Assembly: GCA_030066625.1 (NCBI GenBank)
Contig: JASJBG010000005.1
Span: 10,731 to 74,730 of the forward strand
Direction of reading: 5' to 3'
DNA from: Woeseiaceae bacterium
Lineage (GTDB): Bacteria > Pseudomonadota > Gammaproteobacteria > Steroidobacterales > Woeseiaceae
DNA: 64,000 nt
Part shown: piece after piece, positions 10,153 to 19,363 of the stretch
Numbering within the stretch: position 1 is the stretch's first letter
How the letters are laid out: every line of letters begins with the position of its first letter
Translations under genes and position numbers: made by a program
Notes under the pieces: generated by a model
What the model was told of the DNA's origin: nothing
Seen by the model: the letters and a program-made list of their open reading frames with translations, nothing else
Databases searched by the model: none

Positions 10153-11229
10153 GTGAGTGAACTCGAGAACGACCTGTTGCTGCGCGCGCTCCTGCGCCAG
10201 CCCGTACCGCGTACGCCGGTATGGATCATGCGCCAGGCGGGACGGTATCTGCCCGAGTATCGGGAGACCCGCGCCCAGGCCGGCGACTTCATGAGCCTGT
10301 GCAGGAACCCGGAGCTGGCCTGCGAGGTGACGATGCAGCCACTCAGGCGCTACAAGCTCGATGCGGCGATCCTGTTCTCGGACATCCTGACCGTGCCCGA
10401 CGCGCTGGGTCTCGGGCTGTACTTCGAGACGGGCGAGGGCCCGAAGTTCGAAAGGCCCGTGCGTACGAAGGCTGATATCGACAAGCTGCCCGACATCGAC
10501 GTCAGCGAGACGCTCGGCTACGTCTTCGACGCCGTGAGGACGATCCGCCGCGAACTCAGCGGCCGCGTGCCGCTGATCGGCTTCTCGGGCAGCCCGTGGA
10601 CCGTCGGCACCTACATGGTTGAGGGCGGTTCGAGCCGCGAGTTCCCGACCATCAAGGGACTTGCGAAGGACGACCCGAAAACGCTTGAAGCTATGCTCGC
10701 CAAGGTTGCCGCGATAACGACCGACTACCTCAACGCACAGATCGAGGCGGGCGCGCAGGCCGTACAGATCTTCGATACCTGGGGCTCGGCGCTGGAACGC
10801 GACGACTACAAACGTTTCTCACTCGCCAGCATGCAGCAGATCGTCGACGGGCTGACGCGCGAGAAAGACGGCCGGAAGATCCCGGTGATCCTGTTCACCA
10901 AGGGCGCGGGACCGATGCTCGAGGACATGGTGGCAACGGGCTGCGACGCACTCGGCGTCGACTGGACGACGAGCCTGGCCGATGCCCGCGGCTACACGGG
11001 CGACAAGGTCGCACTGCAGGGCAACCTGGACCCGGCAACGCTCAGGGAGTCGCCGGACGTTATTCGCCAGGGCGTGGCGGACACGCTGGCGAGCTACGGC
11101 GACGGCCCGGGACACGTCTTCAACCTGGGCCACGGCATCACGCCCGACATCGACCCCGACCACCTCGGCGTGCTCGTCGAGGCCGTCCACGAGCTGAGCC
11201 CGCAGTACCACGCTGCCAAGACCCCCTAG
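10153..11229 (+). CDS. hemE: Uroporphyrinogen decarboxylase
   Basis: [16 protein letters not shown] signature and [15 protein letters not shown] start directly after the pyrF stop. Confidence 0.95.
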   Translation: MSELENDLLLRALLRQPVPRTPVWIMRQAGRYLPEYRETRAQAGDFMSLCRNPELACEVTMQPLRRYKLDAAILFSDILTVPDALGLGLYFETGEGPKFERPVRTKADIDKLPDIDVSETLGYVFDAVRTIRRELSGRVPLIGFSGSPWTVGTYMVEGGSSREFPTIKGLAKDDPKTLEAMLAKVAAITTDYLNAQIEAGAQAVQIFDTWGSALERDDYKRFSLASMQQIVDGLTREKDGRKIPVILFTKGAGPMLEDMVATGCDALGVDWTTSLADARGYTGDKVALQGNLDPATLRESPDVIRQGVADTLASYGDGPGHVFNLGHGITPDIDPDHLGVLVEAVHELSPQYHAAKTP

Positions 11230-11261
11230 ACTGCAAGTCCCTGTTTTGCAAAGGGCCCAGG

Positions 11262-11308
11262 TGACGTAGCGGGCTCCGTCATACGTGCACAGCCGAAATA
11301 GTACGTAT
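11262..11308 (+). promoter_or_regulatory. Putative regulatory region upstream of hoxF: three ACGT-core sites about 20 bp apart, followed by a TATAAA box (11331-11336)
   Basis: tgACGTag (11264), atACGTgc (11283) and gtACGTat (11303). TGACG-N11-CGTCA inverted repeat at 11262-11282. Function is inferred only. Confidence 0.25.
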
Positions 11309-11354
11309 ACGACCGCAGCCGGCCGCAAGGTATAAAAAGCTCTATCCAACCAGC

Positions 11355-13136
11355 ATGGAGAGCGATAGCGTGCAGTCCGCCGCGCGACCCCTGGCCCAGG
11401 AACAGCTGGCCCGCTACGATCGGGATCCGGCGTCGATCCTGCAGATGTTGCGCAACCTGCAGCTACAGCAGAATGGCATCCGCCCATCGGACATCGAGAC
11501 GCTCTCCGAAGGCCTGAATGTACCGGCGACCAAGATCAAGTCGCTGATCGACTTCTACAGTTTCCTGCACGATAGGCCGCGCGGCAGCTACGATATCTAC
11601 CTGAGCGATAGCATCACGGACCGGATGCTCGGTGGCCGAGAAGTTGCCTGGACGCTCTGTCGCGAGCTCGGCGTCCGGCTCGGCGAGCCGCGTCCCGATG
11701 GCATGGTGACCGTCTCGACCACCTCCTGCACCGGGCTCTGCGAACGCGGGCCGGCGGCCATTGTCGATGGCCTGGCCATCGAACGTGTGGACGTCGAGCG
11801 CGCCCGGGAAATGGCCCGGCTGATAAAGGCCGGTGCCCCCGTCGACGAATGGCCGCTGGACTGGTTCCTGATCGATGACGAGATTCATCGCAAGGGTCCG
11901 CTGCTGGACGCGGATCGCGAACCCGGCGCGGCGACTGAACGCGCAATCAAACTCGGTCCCTACATGACGTTGGCGGAGCTGCAGGTGGCGGGTCTGCGCG
12001 GCTGTGGCGGCGCCGGTTTCGAGACTCACCAGAAGTGGAACCTGTGCCGCTCGGCCATTGCCGACCGCCGCTTTGTCATCTGCAATGCCGATGAGGGCGA
12101 GCCTGGCACGTTCAAGGATCGCGCCCTGCTCAACGCCTATACGGACATGCTGCTCGAGGGCATGGCGGTCTGCGCCGTTACGATCGGCGCAACGCGCGGT
12201 TTCATTTACCTGCGCCACGAGTACGAATTCCTGCGTGACCGCATCGAGCGGCGCATCCAGCGCCGCCGCGATAAGGGCCTGCTCGGCCGCAATATCCTCG
12301 GCCATCACGGCATCGACTTCGATATCGAGGTCTATATGGGCGCCGGCTCTTACGTCTGCGGTGAGGAGTCAGCGCTGATCGAGTCACTGGAGGGGCATCG
12401 GGGCATCCCTCGAATTCGCCCGCCGTTCCCGGTCACGAACGGCTATCTGGGCAAGCCGACCGTCGTCAACAACGTCGAGACGCTGTGCTACGCTGCGGGC
12501 ATCCTCGAGCAAGGCCCCGGGTTCGTCGCGAATGACGGCGATGAGCCCGGCTGGAAGCTCCTGAGCATCAGCGGCGACTGCGCAAAACCCGGAATCTACG
12601 AGATCCCGCTCGGCATGCCGGTCCGGGACGTGTTGGCAATGTGCGAGGCCGAAAACGTCCAGGCGGTGCAGGTCGGCGGACCCGGCGGGACGCTGATATC
12701 CGCGGACGAGTTCGACAGACGCGTTTCGTTCAATGATCTCAACACGGCCGGTGCCTTTATCATCTTCGACGAATCGCGTGACATGCTCGAGGTTGCGCTG
12801 AATTTCACCCACTTCTTTGCCCATGAAAGCTGCGGCTTCTGCACGCCCTGTCGTGTCGGCACCAAGCTTATGGCGCAGATGGCCGACAAGCTCGCCGAGG
12901 GCCACGGCGCACGGCTCGACATCGAGCAGATGCGCCGCCTGCACAAGATCATGACCCAGGCCAGCCACTGCGGTCTCGGCCAGGTCGCGGCCGTGCCGAT
13001 ACTGACGGCTTACGAGAAGTTCCCTGATGACTTCCAGCGGCGTATGGATGACGTCGACTTTCAACCGACCTTCGACGTCGAGGCGGCCATTGAGCGCTCG
13101 AAACAGATCGTCCGCGAAGAGGAGGCAGCCCGGTGA
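11355..13136 (+). CDS. hoxF: NAD-reducing [NiFe] hydrogenase diaphorase subunit HoxF (NuoF-like, with NuoE/thioredoxin-like N-domain)
   Basis: GGAGFETHQKW (FMN site), ICNADEGEPGTFKDR (NADH site), ESCGFCTPCRVG (4Fe-4S). The N-terminal part carries ...TSCTGLCERGPAAIVDG, which is NuoE-like. Confidence 0.9.
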   Translation: MESDSVQSAARPLAQEQLARYDRDPASILQMLRNLQLQQNGIRPSDIETLSEGLNVPATKIKSLIDFYSFLHDRPRGSYDIYLSDSITDRMLGGREVAWTLCRELGVRLGEPRPDGMVTVSTTSCTGLCERGPAAIVDGLAIERVDVERAREMARLIKAGAPVDEWPLDWFLIDDEIHRKGPLLDADREPGAATERAIKLGPYMTLAELQVAGLRGCGGAGFETHQKWNLCRSAIADRRFVICNADEGEPGTFKDRALLNAYTDMLLEGMAVCAVTIGATRGFIYLRHEYEFLRDRIERRIQRRRDKGLLGRNILGHHGIDFDIEVYMGAGSYVCGEESALIESLEGHRGIPRIRPPFPVTNGYLGKPTVVNNVETLCYAAGILEQGPGFVANDGDEPGWKLLSISGDCAKPGIYEIPLGMPVRDVLAMCEAENVQAVQVGGPGGTLISADEFDRRVSFNDLNTAGAFIIFDESRDMLEVALNFTHFFAHESCGFCTPCRVGTKLMAQMADKLAEGHGARLDIEQMRRLHKIMTQASHCGLGQVAAVPILTAYEKFPDDFQRRMDDVDFQPTFDVEAAIERSKQIVREEEAAR

Positions 13137-14398
13137 CGCGCTGGATCACGATCGACGGCCGCGCAGTGCCGTTTGCCGATGGCCAGACTGTCATGCAGGC
13201 GGCGACGGATGCCGGCGTCTTCATACCGCACCTTTGCTACCACCCGGACTACGCGGCCAACGGCAGCTGCAAGATGTGCACGTGCAAGATCAACGGCCGG
13301 CAGATGTCGAGCTGTACGACGCGCGCCGTGGAAGGCCAGGTTATCGAGAGCAACACCGAGGAGCTGAACTCGGAGCGCCGCGCACTCGCGCAGATGCTGT
13401 TCGCGGAGGGTAACCATCACTGCCCGTCCTGCGAGGAGAGCGGCAACTGCGTCCTGCAGAACATGGCCTACCGGCTCGGCATGACGGCGTTGATGTTCCC
13501 GAACTTCCACCCGGGTCGTGCGACCGATGCGACTCATCCGGACGTGCTCCTCAACCGGGACCGCTGCATCTACTGCGAGCTGTGCGTGCGTGCGTCGCGG
13601 GATACCGACGGCAAGGACATTTTCTGCATCAGCGGCCGCTCGGAGAACAAGTCGCTCACCATCAACTCGGACAGCGGTACGCTCGCGGACTCCGGGCTCT
13701 CGATCGACGACAAGGCCGCGGAGGTGTGCCCGGTCGGTGCGCTGATCAAGAAAAGGGAAGGCTTCAAGCAGCCGATCGGAGAGCGCGAATTCGACCGCCT
13801 GCAGGGCAGCGGCGCCCAGATTCGCGCACCGAGGATGCCGAAGCTGATACGCGAGCCCGGCAAGAAGCTCAAGCTCGCGACGTGTTCACTGGCAGGGTGT
13901 TTCGGCTGCCACATGTCGTTCCTCGACATCGACGAGCGGATCCTGGAACTCGTCGAGCACGTCGAGTTCGACCGTTCGCCCCTCGATGACCTTAAGGAGT
14001 TCACAGGCGAGTGTGACATCGGCCTGATCGAGGGCGGCGTATGCAATACCGAGAACATCGAAACGCTGCGCGAGTTTCGCAAGCGTTGCAAGGTCATCAT
14101 CGCCGTCGGTGCCTGTGCGATTAGCGGTGGTGTACCGGCGCTGCGCAACACGATCGACGTACGCGAACTGCTCGAGGAGACCTATATAAACGGCATGGGC
14201 GTCGACAACGGCCAGATCCCGACCGATCCCGAGCTGCCGCACATCCTCGAACGAGTCAGCCCTGTACACGAGGTCGTCAAGGTCGACTTCTTCCTGCCCG
14301 GTTGCCCACCGTCGGCCGACGCGATCTGGCGCGTACTGACCAGCGTCGTCGCCGACGAGCAGCCGAACCTTCCTTACGACCTAATGCACTTCGATTAG
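13133..14398 (+). CDS. Fused HoxU (Fe-S diaphorase subunit) and HoxY (hydrogenase small subunit)
   Basis: One uninterrupted 421-aa ORF. The N-terminal half has a 2Fe-2S ferredoxin domain (SCKMCTCKINGRQMSSCTT) plus CPSCEESGNC and CIYCELCVRAS clusters (NuoG/HoxU-like). From about residue 245 it reads KLKLATCSLAGCFGCHMSFLDIDE...VGACAISGG...LPGCPP, which is HoxY-like. GTGA overlap with hoxF. Confidence 0.8.
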   Translation: MTRWITIDGRAVPFADGQTVMQAATDAGVFIPHLCYHPDYAANGSCKMCTCKINGRQMSSCTTRAVEGQVIESNTEELNSERRALAQMLFAEGNHHCPSCEESGNCVLQNMAYRLGMTALMFPNFHPGRATDATHPDVLLNRDRCIYCELCVRASRDTDGKDIFCISGRSENKSLTINSDSGTLADSGLSIDDKAAEVCPVGALIKKREGFKQPIGEREFDRLQGSGAQIRAPRMPKLIREPGKKLKLATCSLAGCFGCHMSFLDIDERILELVEHVEFDRSPLDDLKEFTGECDIGLIEGGVCNTENIETLREFRKRCKVIIAVGACAISGGVPALRNTIDVRELLEETYINGMGVDNGQIPTDPELPHILERVSPVHEVVKVDFFLPGCPPSADAIWRVLTSVVADEQPNLPYDLMHFD

Positions 14399-14406
14399 AG
14401 ACGCAC

Positions 14407-15888
14407 ATGAGTAGAGAATTGGAAACCGCCGACAATCGCGAATCGCTGAAGCGCGTCGTCATAGAGCCGCTGACGCGGGTCGAAGGTCATGGCAAGGTCA
14501 CGCTGCTGGCGGACGACGACAACATCATCCGAGAGGCGCGCCTGCACATCGTCGAGTTCCGCGGCTTCGAGCGTTTCATCCAGGGTCGGCCTTACTGGGA
14601 CGTGCCGGTCGTCGTTCAGCGGCTCTGCGGCATCTGTCCGGTAAGTCATCATCTCGCTGCTGGCAAGGCGATCGACCGGATCGCCGGCGCGGAGAAGATC
14701 ACCGCAACCGCGAAGAAGCTTCGCGAGCTCGCGCACTTCGGCCAGATCCTGCAGAGTCACGCCCTGCACTTCTTCCATCTCGCGTCGCCCGACCTGCTGT
14801 TCGGTTTCGAGAGCGATATCGCGAAGCGGAATATTTTCGGCGTTATACAAGAGCATGAGGACATTGCGCTGAAGGGCATCCGGCTGCGCAAGTACGGCCA
14901 GGAGGTGATCAAGGCGATTCTAGGCAAGCGCATTCACGGCACCGGTGCCATCCCGGGCGGCATGAACAAACCGCTGACAGCGGAAGAACGCGACACGCTA
15001 CTGGTGGACCTGGATGAGATCACAGCGTGGGCGAAAGACGCCGTGGATCTCGCCAGGGACTGCTATCTCGGTAACGAGGACTACAACGCCCGCTTTGGCA
15101 GCATGTCGTCGAACTTCCTGAGCCTCGTGCGCGAGGACGGCGCGCTCGAACTCTACGACGGCAAGCTGCGTGCGCGCGATCACAACGGCGACACGATCTT
15201 CGACCAGGTCAGCGACCAGCAGTACTACGAGCACATCCGCGAAGAGGTGCGCAACTGGAGCTACATGAAGTTCCCGTATCTCGTCGAGCTCGGTGCGGAT
15301 GCAGGATGGTATCGGGTCGGCCCGCTTGCTCGCCTGAACAACTGCGACTACATCGATACGCCGCTGGCCGAGGCAGAGCGGGAGCGCTTCATGGAGCTTG
15401 GCGGCGGGTCACCGGTGCACGCGTCGCTGGCCTACCACTGGGCGAGAATGATCGAGCTGCTGCACTGCGCGGAGAAAATACGCGAGCTGCTCGACGATCC
15501 GGTCACGCTGGGTTCGGATATCGTTGTGACCGGCGAACGCCAATCAACAGGCATCGGCGTTATCGAGGCGACTCGCGGGACGCTATTCCATCACTACGAG
15601 GTCGACGACGACGACATGATTCGTAAGGCGAACCTTATTGTATCGACGACCAACAACAACCAGGCGATGAACGAGGCAATCCGGCAGGTCGCGAAAGACA
15701 AGCTGAACGGCGAGGAAATTACCGAGCCGCTGCTCAACAACATCGAGGTTGCCGTGCGCGCCTACGACCCCTGCCTGTCCTGCGCCACGCATGCCGTCGG
15801 CAAGATGCCGCTGGCCGTCGAGCTTCGCCGTACAAGCGGCGAGCTTGTCCACCGCCTGCAGCGAGACAGCAATGGACACTACAGCTGA
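14407..15888 (+). CDS. hoxH: [NiFe] hydrogenase large subunit HoxH
   Basis: LTRVEGHGKV, RLCGICPVSHH (N-terminal Ni-Fe ligands) and C-terminal DPCLSCATH plus a 31-aa cleavable tail. The ATG at 14407 is preferred over the track start at 14302, whose 35 extra residues are Arg-rich junk overlapping the hoxUY end. Confidence 0.9.
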   Translation: MSRELETADNRESLKRVVIEPLTRVEGHGKVTLLADDDNIIREARLHIVEFRGFERFIQGRPYWDVPVVVQRLCGICPVSHHLAAGKAIDRIAGAEKITATAKKLRELAHFGQILQSHALHFFHLASPDLLFGFESDIAKRNIFGVIQEHEDIALKGIRLRKYGQEVIKAILGKRIHGTGAIPGGMNKPLTAEERDTLLVDLDEITAWAKDAVDLARDCYLGNEDYNARFGSMSSNFLSLVREDGALELYDGKLRARDHNGDTIFDQVSDQQYYEHIREEVRNWSYMKFPYLVELGADAGWYRVGPLARLNNCDYIDTPLAEAERERFMELGGGSPVHASLAYHWARMIELLHCAEKIRELLDDPVTLGSDIVVTGERQSTGIGVIEATRGTLFHHYEVDDDDMIRKANLIVSTTNNNQAMNEAIRQVAKDKLNGEEITEPLLNNIEVAVRAYDPCLSCATHAVGKMPLAVELRRTSGELVHRLQRDSNGHYS

Positions 15889-16363
15889 TCGCTCGCTGGT
15901 CGTTTTCGCCTGGGGAAATGCGAGCCGCGGCGACGACGGCATCGGCCCGGAGATCGCTCGCCGCCTCGCCTCCCTGGAATTGCCAGGCCTTCGTGTGATC
16001 GAAGACTTCCAGCTGCAAATCGAGCACGTCATGGACCTCGATGCCGACGTGCCGGCGCTGTTTATCGATGCGAGCGTCGCGATCGACGAGGGCTTTCGGA
16101 TTGAGCGCATCGAGCCCGGCCTGGATCCGAGCCTGTCCACGCACGCCGTATCACCGGCAGCTTTGCTCGGGCTCTACGAACAGACCCTGCAAACGCCGGC
16201 CCCGGAGGCCTGGCTGCTGCACGTTGCCGCGACCAGTTTCGAACTGGGCGAGGCCATCAGCGAGCAGACCAGCCACAACCTGGATGCGGCGTGGTCATTC
16301 CTCGAGCAGGTTCTTGGCGGCTCGCCGCACACGCTCGGTGCGCGCCTCGCGGCCGCCGCGTAG
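15872..16363 (+). CDS. hoxW: Hydrogenase maturation endopeptidase HoxW
   Basis: LVVFAWGNASRGDDGIGPEIA...FIDAS pattern of HybD/HoxW proteases. Internal ATG at 15872, overlapping the hoxH end by 17 nt. Confidence 0.8.
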   Translation: MDTTADRSLVVFAWGNASRGDDGIGPEIARRLASLELPGLRVIEDFQLQIEHVMDLDADVPALFIDASVAIDEGFRIERIEPGLDPSLSTHAVSPAALLGLYEQTLQTPAPEAWLLHVAATSFELGEAISEQTSHNLDAAWSFLEQVLGGSPHTLGARLAAAA

Positions 16364-16370
16364 CTGCCTT

Positions 16371-16688
16371 TCAGGCAGATCGCCCGGGTTTATTCCGGGA
16401 TAAGGCCTTGCGACCACTGTGCCACGCGGCCAGCCCCAGCCCGAAGGCAAGCAGCATGAATAGCGGTCCCCCAATGACTCCGCCTGTCTTGTGACCCAGC
16501 TCGGCCGGCCCGTCGTTGATGGATACCGGGTTGGTCGTGAACAGTTCCCAGAGCGTGCCCCAGAAATGCCCTGCCCCGAACACGAAGAACATGAAACTGA
16601 AGAAGCCGGTTATGAGGGCAAGCCCGCCGAACAGCAGCCTCTTGAGCGCATCCACTACTCGAGCAACTCCACTTCGATGACGCGGCAC
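16371..16688 (-). CDS. Small membrane protein, unknown function
   Basis: Two to three hydrophobic helices (LLFGGLALITGFFSFMFFVFGAG, GGPLFMLLAFGLGLAAW). Last gene of the tesA-fadD strand run. Start uncertain. Confidence 0.5.
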   Translation of the reverse strand: MPRHRSGVARVVDALKRLLFGGLALITGFFSFMFFVFGAGHFWGTLWELFTTNPVSINDGPAELGHKTGGVIGGPLFMLLAFGLGLAAWHSGRKALSRNKPGRSA

Positions 16689-17026
16689 TCCTGGATCACG
16701 TCGGAGGTCTCGCCGCCGTGTGAGTTCGCCGGCTGCCAGGTCGGCGTGCCGAACTTGTAGTCGCGCATGCGCTCGCCGCCCTGGCCGTCGTCTTCGATCC
16801 AGGCGCAGGGATTCAGGTAAACCACGACGCGATCCGGCTGCTGCACGAGCGGCATCGTCTCGCCGTTTCGTATCGTGCGTTTCAGAACACGAACGCGATC
16901 GTTTTCGAATGCCAGCTCGTAGATATGCGGGGCGACCTTGACCGGGTCGAGCGCGGGCGGAACCTTCGCTACGCCGACAGCAACGCCGAGCAGGAACAGG
17001 ACGACGCCGGCTGCCGCGAGCTTCAT
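16655..17026 (-). CDS. Secreted small beta-rich (cupin-like) protein, unknown function
   Basis: Signal or TM segment MKLAAAGVVLFLLGVAVGVA. ATGA overlap with the fadD stop. Wobble positions are GC-rich in this frame. Confidence 0.6.
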   Translation of the reverse strand: MKLAAAGVVLFLLGVAVGVAKVPPALDPVKVAPHIYELAFENDRVRVLKRTIRNGETMPLVQQPDRVVVYLNPCAWIEDDGQGGERMRDYKFGTPTWQPANSHGGETSDVIQECRVIEVELLE

Positions 17027-18726
17027 TGCTGCGCGGCTCGCTTCTCGACTTCCTCCTCGCGCAGCGCCCGCCTCAGGATTTTGCCGACGTTGGTCTTCGG
17101 CAGGTCCTCGCGGAACTCGACTTCCTTCGGCCGCTTGTAGTTGGTGAGGTTGTCACGGCAGTAATCGATGACGTCCTGGTCCGTGACGTTGTCGTCCGTG
17201 CGCACGGCGAATACCTTGACCGCCTCGCCGGTCTTCTCGTCCGGCACGCCGATGGCCGCGGCCTCGAGGATGCCGTCCATCTCGACGATGACGTTCTCGA
17301 TCTCGTTCGGGTACACGTTGAACGCGGACACGAGGATCATGTCCTTCTTGCGATCCTCGATCCACGTGTAGCCATTCTCGTCCATGCGGCCGATGTCACC
17401 GGTGCGCAGCCATCCGCCGGGCAGCATAACCTCGGCGGTCTCGGCCGGGCGTTGCCAGTAGCCTTCCATGACCTGTGGTCCCTTGATGCAGATCTCGCCG
17501 GTCTCGCCGATCGGAAGCGGATTGCCGTCTTCGCCGGCGATCATGACGTCCGTGGACGGCAGCGGCAGGCCGATCGACCCACTGAAGGTGCTCTCGACCG
17601 TGTTGCAGACGGCCGATGGCGACGTTTCGGTCAGGCCGTAGCCCTGGGCGATTTCGCAGCCCGTGATCTCGGCCCACTGTTTCGCGACGGCCGGCTGCAC
17701 GGCCATGCCGCCGCCGACGCAGACCTTCAGGTGACTGAAGTCCAGATCGGCAAAACCCGGCGTGTTCATCAGGCCCGCGAACAAAGTGTTCACTGCGGTG
17801 ACGAAATTGAACTCGTGCTGGCCGAGTTCCTTGACGAAGGCCGGCAGGTCCCGGGGATTAGTGATCAGTACGTTCTCGCCGCCCTGCGCCATCATCATGA
17901 GGCAGTTATTCTGCAGCGAGAAGATGTGGTAGAGCGGCAGCGAGGTGATCGCGACGATCGGCTCGACACCGTCGTACGCGTCGCGCTGCCACTCGATCGA
18001 CTGCTCGACGTTGTAGACCATGTTGCGATGACTGAGCATCGCGCCCTTCGAGATGCCCGTGGTGCCGCCCGTGTACTGCAGGAACGCAATATCGGCATAG
18101 CCGAGTTCGACGTCCTCGACGCTCTGCGAGCTGCCGAGCTTCAGCGCCCGCCGGAAGCCGACCGAGTCCGGCAGGCTGTAGGACGGTACGTCGCGGCGCA
18201 CATGGCGCAGCACGAAATTGACGATCCAGCCTTTCGGCTTGGCAAGCAGGTCGCCGACACCCGTTGTCACGATGTGTTTGACGGCGGTCTCCGACAGAAC
18301 CTCTTCGAGAACGTGCGCGAAGTTCTCCAGGATGACGATCGCCTTCGCGCCGGAGTCCTTCAGCTGGTGTTCGAGCTCTCGCGCCGTATACAGCGGGTTG
18401 ACGTTGACCGCGACGAGACCGGCACGAAAGACGCCGCAAAGCGCCACGGGGTACTGCAGGATATTGGGCATCATCAGGGCCACGCGCTCGCCGCGCGTCA
18501 GTCCGAGCGTCTTCTGCAGGTAGCCCGCGAACTCGAGCGACAGCCGGTCGAGCTCGCGGTAGGTCAGCGACGTGCCCATGTTCGTGTAGGCCCGGTTGTC
18601 GGGCCACTCGGTGAAGCTGTGCTCGATCATGTCGCGGAGCGACCTGAACTGCGGTTCGCCCACTTCCGGGGATACCCCCGGCGGGTACGACTTCAACCAG
18701 ATTTTTTCCAAGCGATCCCCCTGCAT
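17023..18726 (-). CDS. fadD: Long-chain-fatty-acid--CoA ligase
   Basis: AMP-binding motif YTGGTTGISKGAMLSHRN, GYGLTETS, GWLRTGDIG. Start set at MQGDRLEKIWLKSYPPGV (ATG 18726); the 76 upstream residues of the track ORF are Arg/Ser-rich and overlap tesA. Confidence 0.9.
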   Translation of the reverse strand: MQGDRLEKIWLKSYPPGVSPEVGEPQFRSLRDMIEHSFTEWPDNRAYTNMGTSLTYRELDRLSLEFAGYLQKTLGLTRGERVALMMPNILQYPVALCGVFRAGLVAVNVNPLYTARELEHQLKDSGAKAIVILENFAHVLEEVLSETAVKHIVTTGVGDLLAKPKGWIVNFVLRHVRRDVPSYSLPDSVGFRRALKLGSSQSVEDVELGYADIAFLQYTGGTTGISKGAMLSHRNMVYNVEQSIEWQRDAYDGVEPIVAITSLPLYHIFSLQNNCLMMMAQGGENVLITNPRDLPAFVKELGQHEFNFVTAVNTLFAGLMNTPGFADLDFSHLKVCVGGGMAVQPAVAKQWAEITGCEIAQGYGLTETSPSAVCNTVESTFSGSIGLPLPSTDVMIAGEDGNPLPIGETGEICIKGPQVMEGYWQRPAETAEVMLPGGWLRTGDIGRMDENGYTWIEDRKKDMILVSAFNVYPNEIENVIVEMDGILEAAAIGVPDEKTGEAVKVFAVRTDDNVTDQDVIDYCRDNLTNYKRPKEVEFREDLPKTNVGKILRRALREEEVEKRAAQQ

Positions 18727-18736
18727 CGTCCGAGTG

Positions 18737-19363
18737 CTACTGCGTCTGCGCCTCCCCAAGCGACTCCGCGATGATGGGCCAGGCATTGTCGAGTAGCAAG
18801 GGCTGCGCCTCGGCGTTCGGGTGAATGCCGTCGTCCTGCATAAGCGATTCGTTGAGTGCGACGCCTTCCATGAAGAATTCGATCCACGGGATGTCCTGGC
18901 TGCCCGCTGCATCCCGGAACGCCGACTCGAAGGCCTGGGAGTAGCGCGGCCCATAGTTCAGCGGGATGCGAATGCCGAGCAGGACCACGCTCGCACCGGC
19001 CTTCTTCGCGGTCGAGATCATCGTCTCGAGGTTGCCGCGCAGCCGCTCGGGCGGAAAGCCACGCAGGCCGTCGTTGCCGCCGAGTTCGAGAATGACGAGG
19101 TCCGGTTGAAATCGCTCCAGGGCGCCAGATATCCGACTGACGCCCCCTTCGGTCGTTTCGCCGGAAATACTGGCGTTGATGACCTTATGTTCGTACCCTT
19201 TGGACGTCAGACGGGCCTGCAACAAAGCCGCCCAGGACTGGTCAACGTCGATACCGTAGCCTGCACTCAGGCTGTCCCCGAAAATAAGCACCGTTGGATT
19301 ATCGTTGCCGTAGGCGCTTGTCGCCGACAGCAGCACCGCAGCAAGGATCAGAAGTCTACGCAT
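18737..19363 (-). CDS. tesA: Acyl-CoA thioesterase I / lysophospholipase L1 (SGNH hydrolase)
   Basis: Signal peptide, GDSL block VLIFGDSLSAGYG, LGGNDGLRG, DGIHPN. Classical tesA / ybbA divergent synteny. Confidence 0.9.
   Translation of the reverse strand: MRRLLILAAVLLSATSAYGNDNPTVLIFGDSLSAGYGIDVDQSWAALLQARLTSKGYEHKVINASISGETTEGGVSRISGALERFQPDLVILELGGNDGLRGFPPERLRGNLETMISTAKKAGASVVLLGIRIPLNYGPRYSQAFESAFRDAAGSQDIPWIEFFMEGVALNESLMQDDGIHPNAEAQPLLLDNAWPIIAESLGEAQTQ

Noticed and set aside
14302-14406. Upstream extension of hoxH. Similar N-terminal extensions occur at 30547-30927 (M1 peptidase), 18727-18954 (fadD), 28508-28681 (porin), 40072-40479 (amidohydrolase), 46788-46853 (dehydrogenase) and 48567-48638 (lipoprotein).
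   Set aside because: The extensions overlap the preceding gene or the intergenic promoter region and are Arg-rich. Internal starts give proper signal peptides or N-termini, several with visible Shine-Dalgarno sequences.
11355-16363. The hox cluster considered as a horizontally acquired genomic island or mobile element.
   Set aside because: No integrase, transposase, tRNA target or flanking direct repeats are visible, and the composition is not obviously different by eye. I cannot support a mobile-element call from this window.
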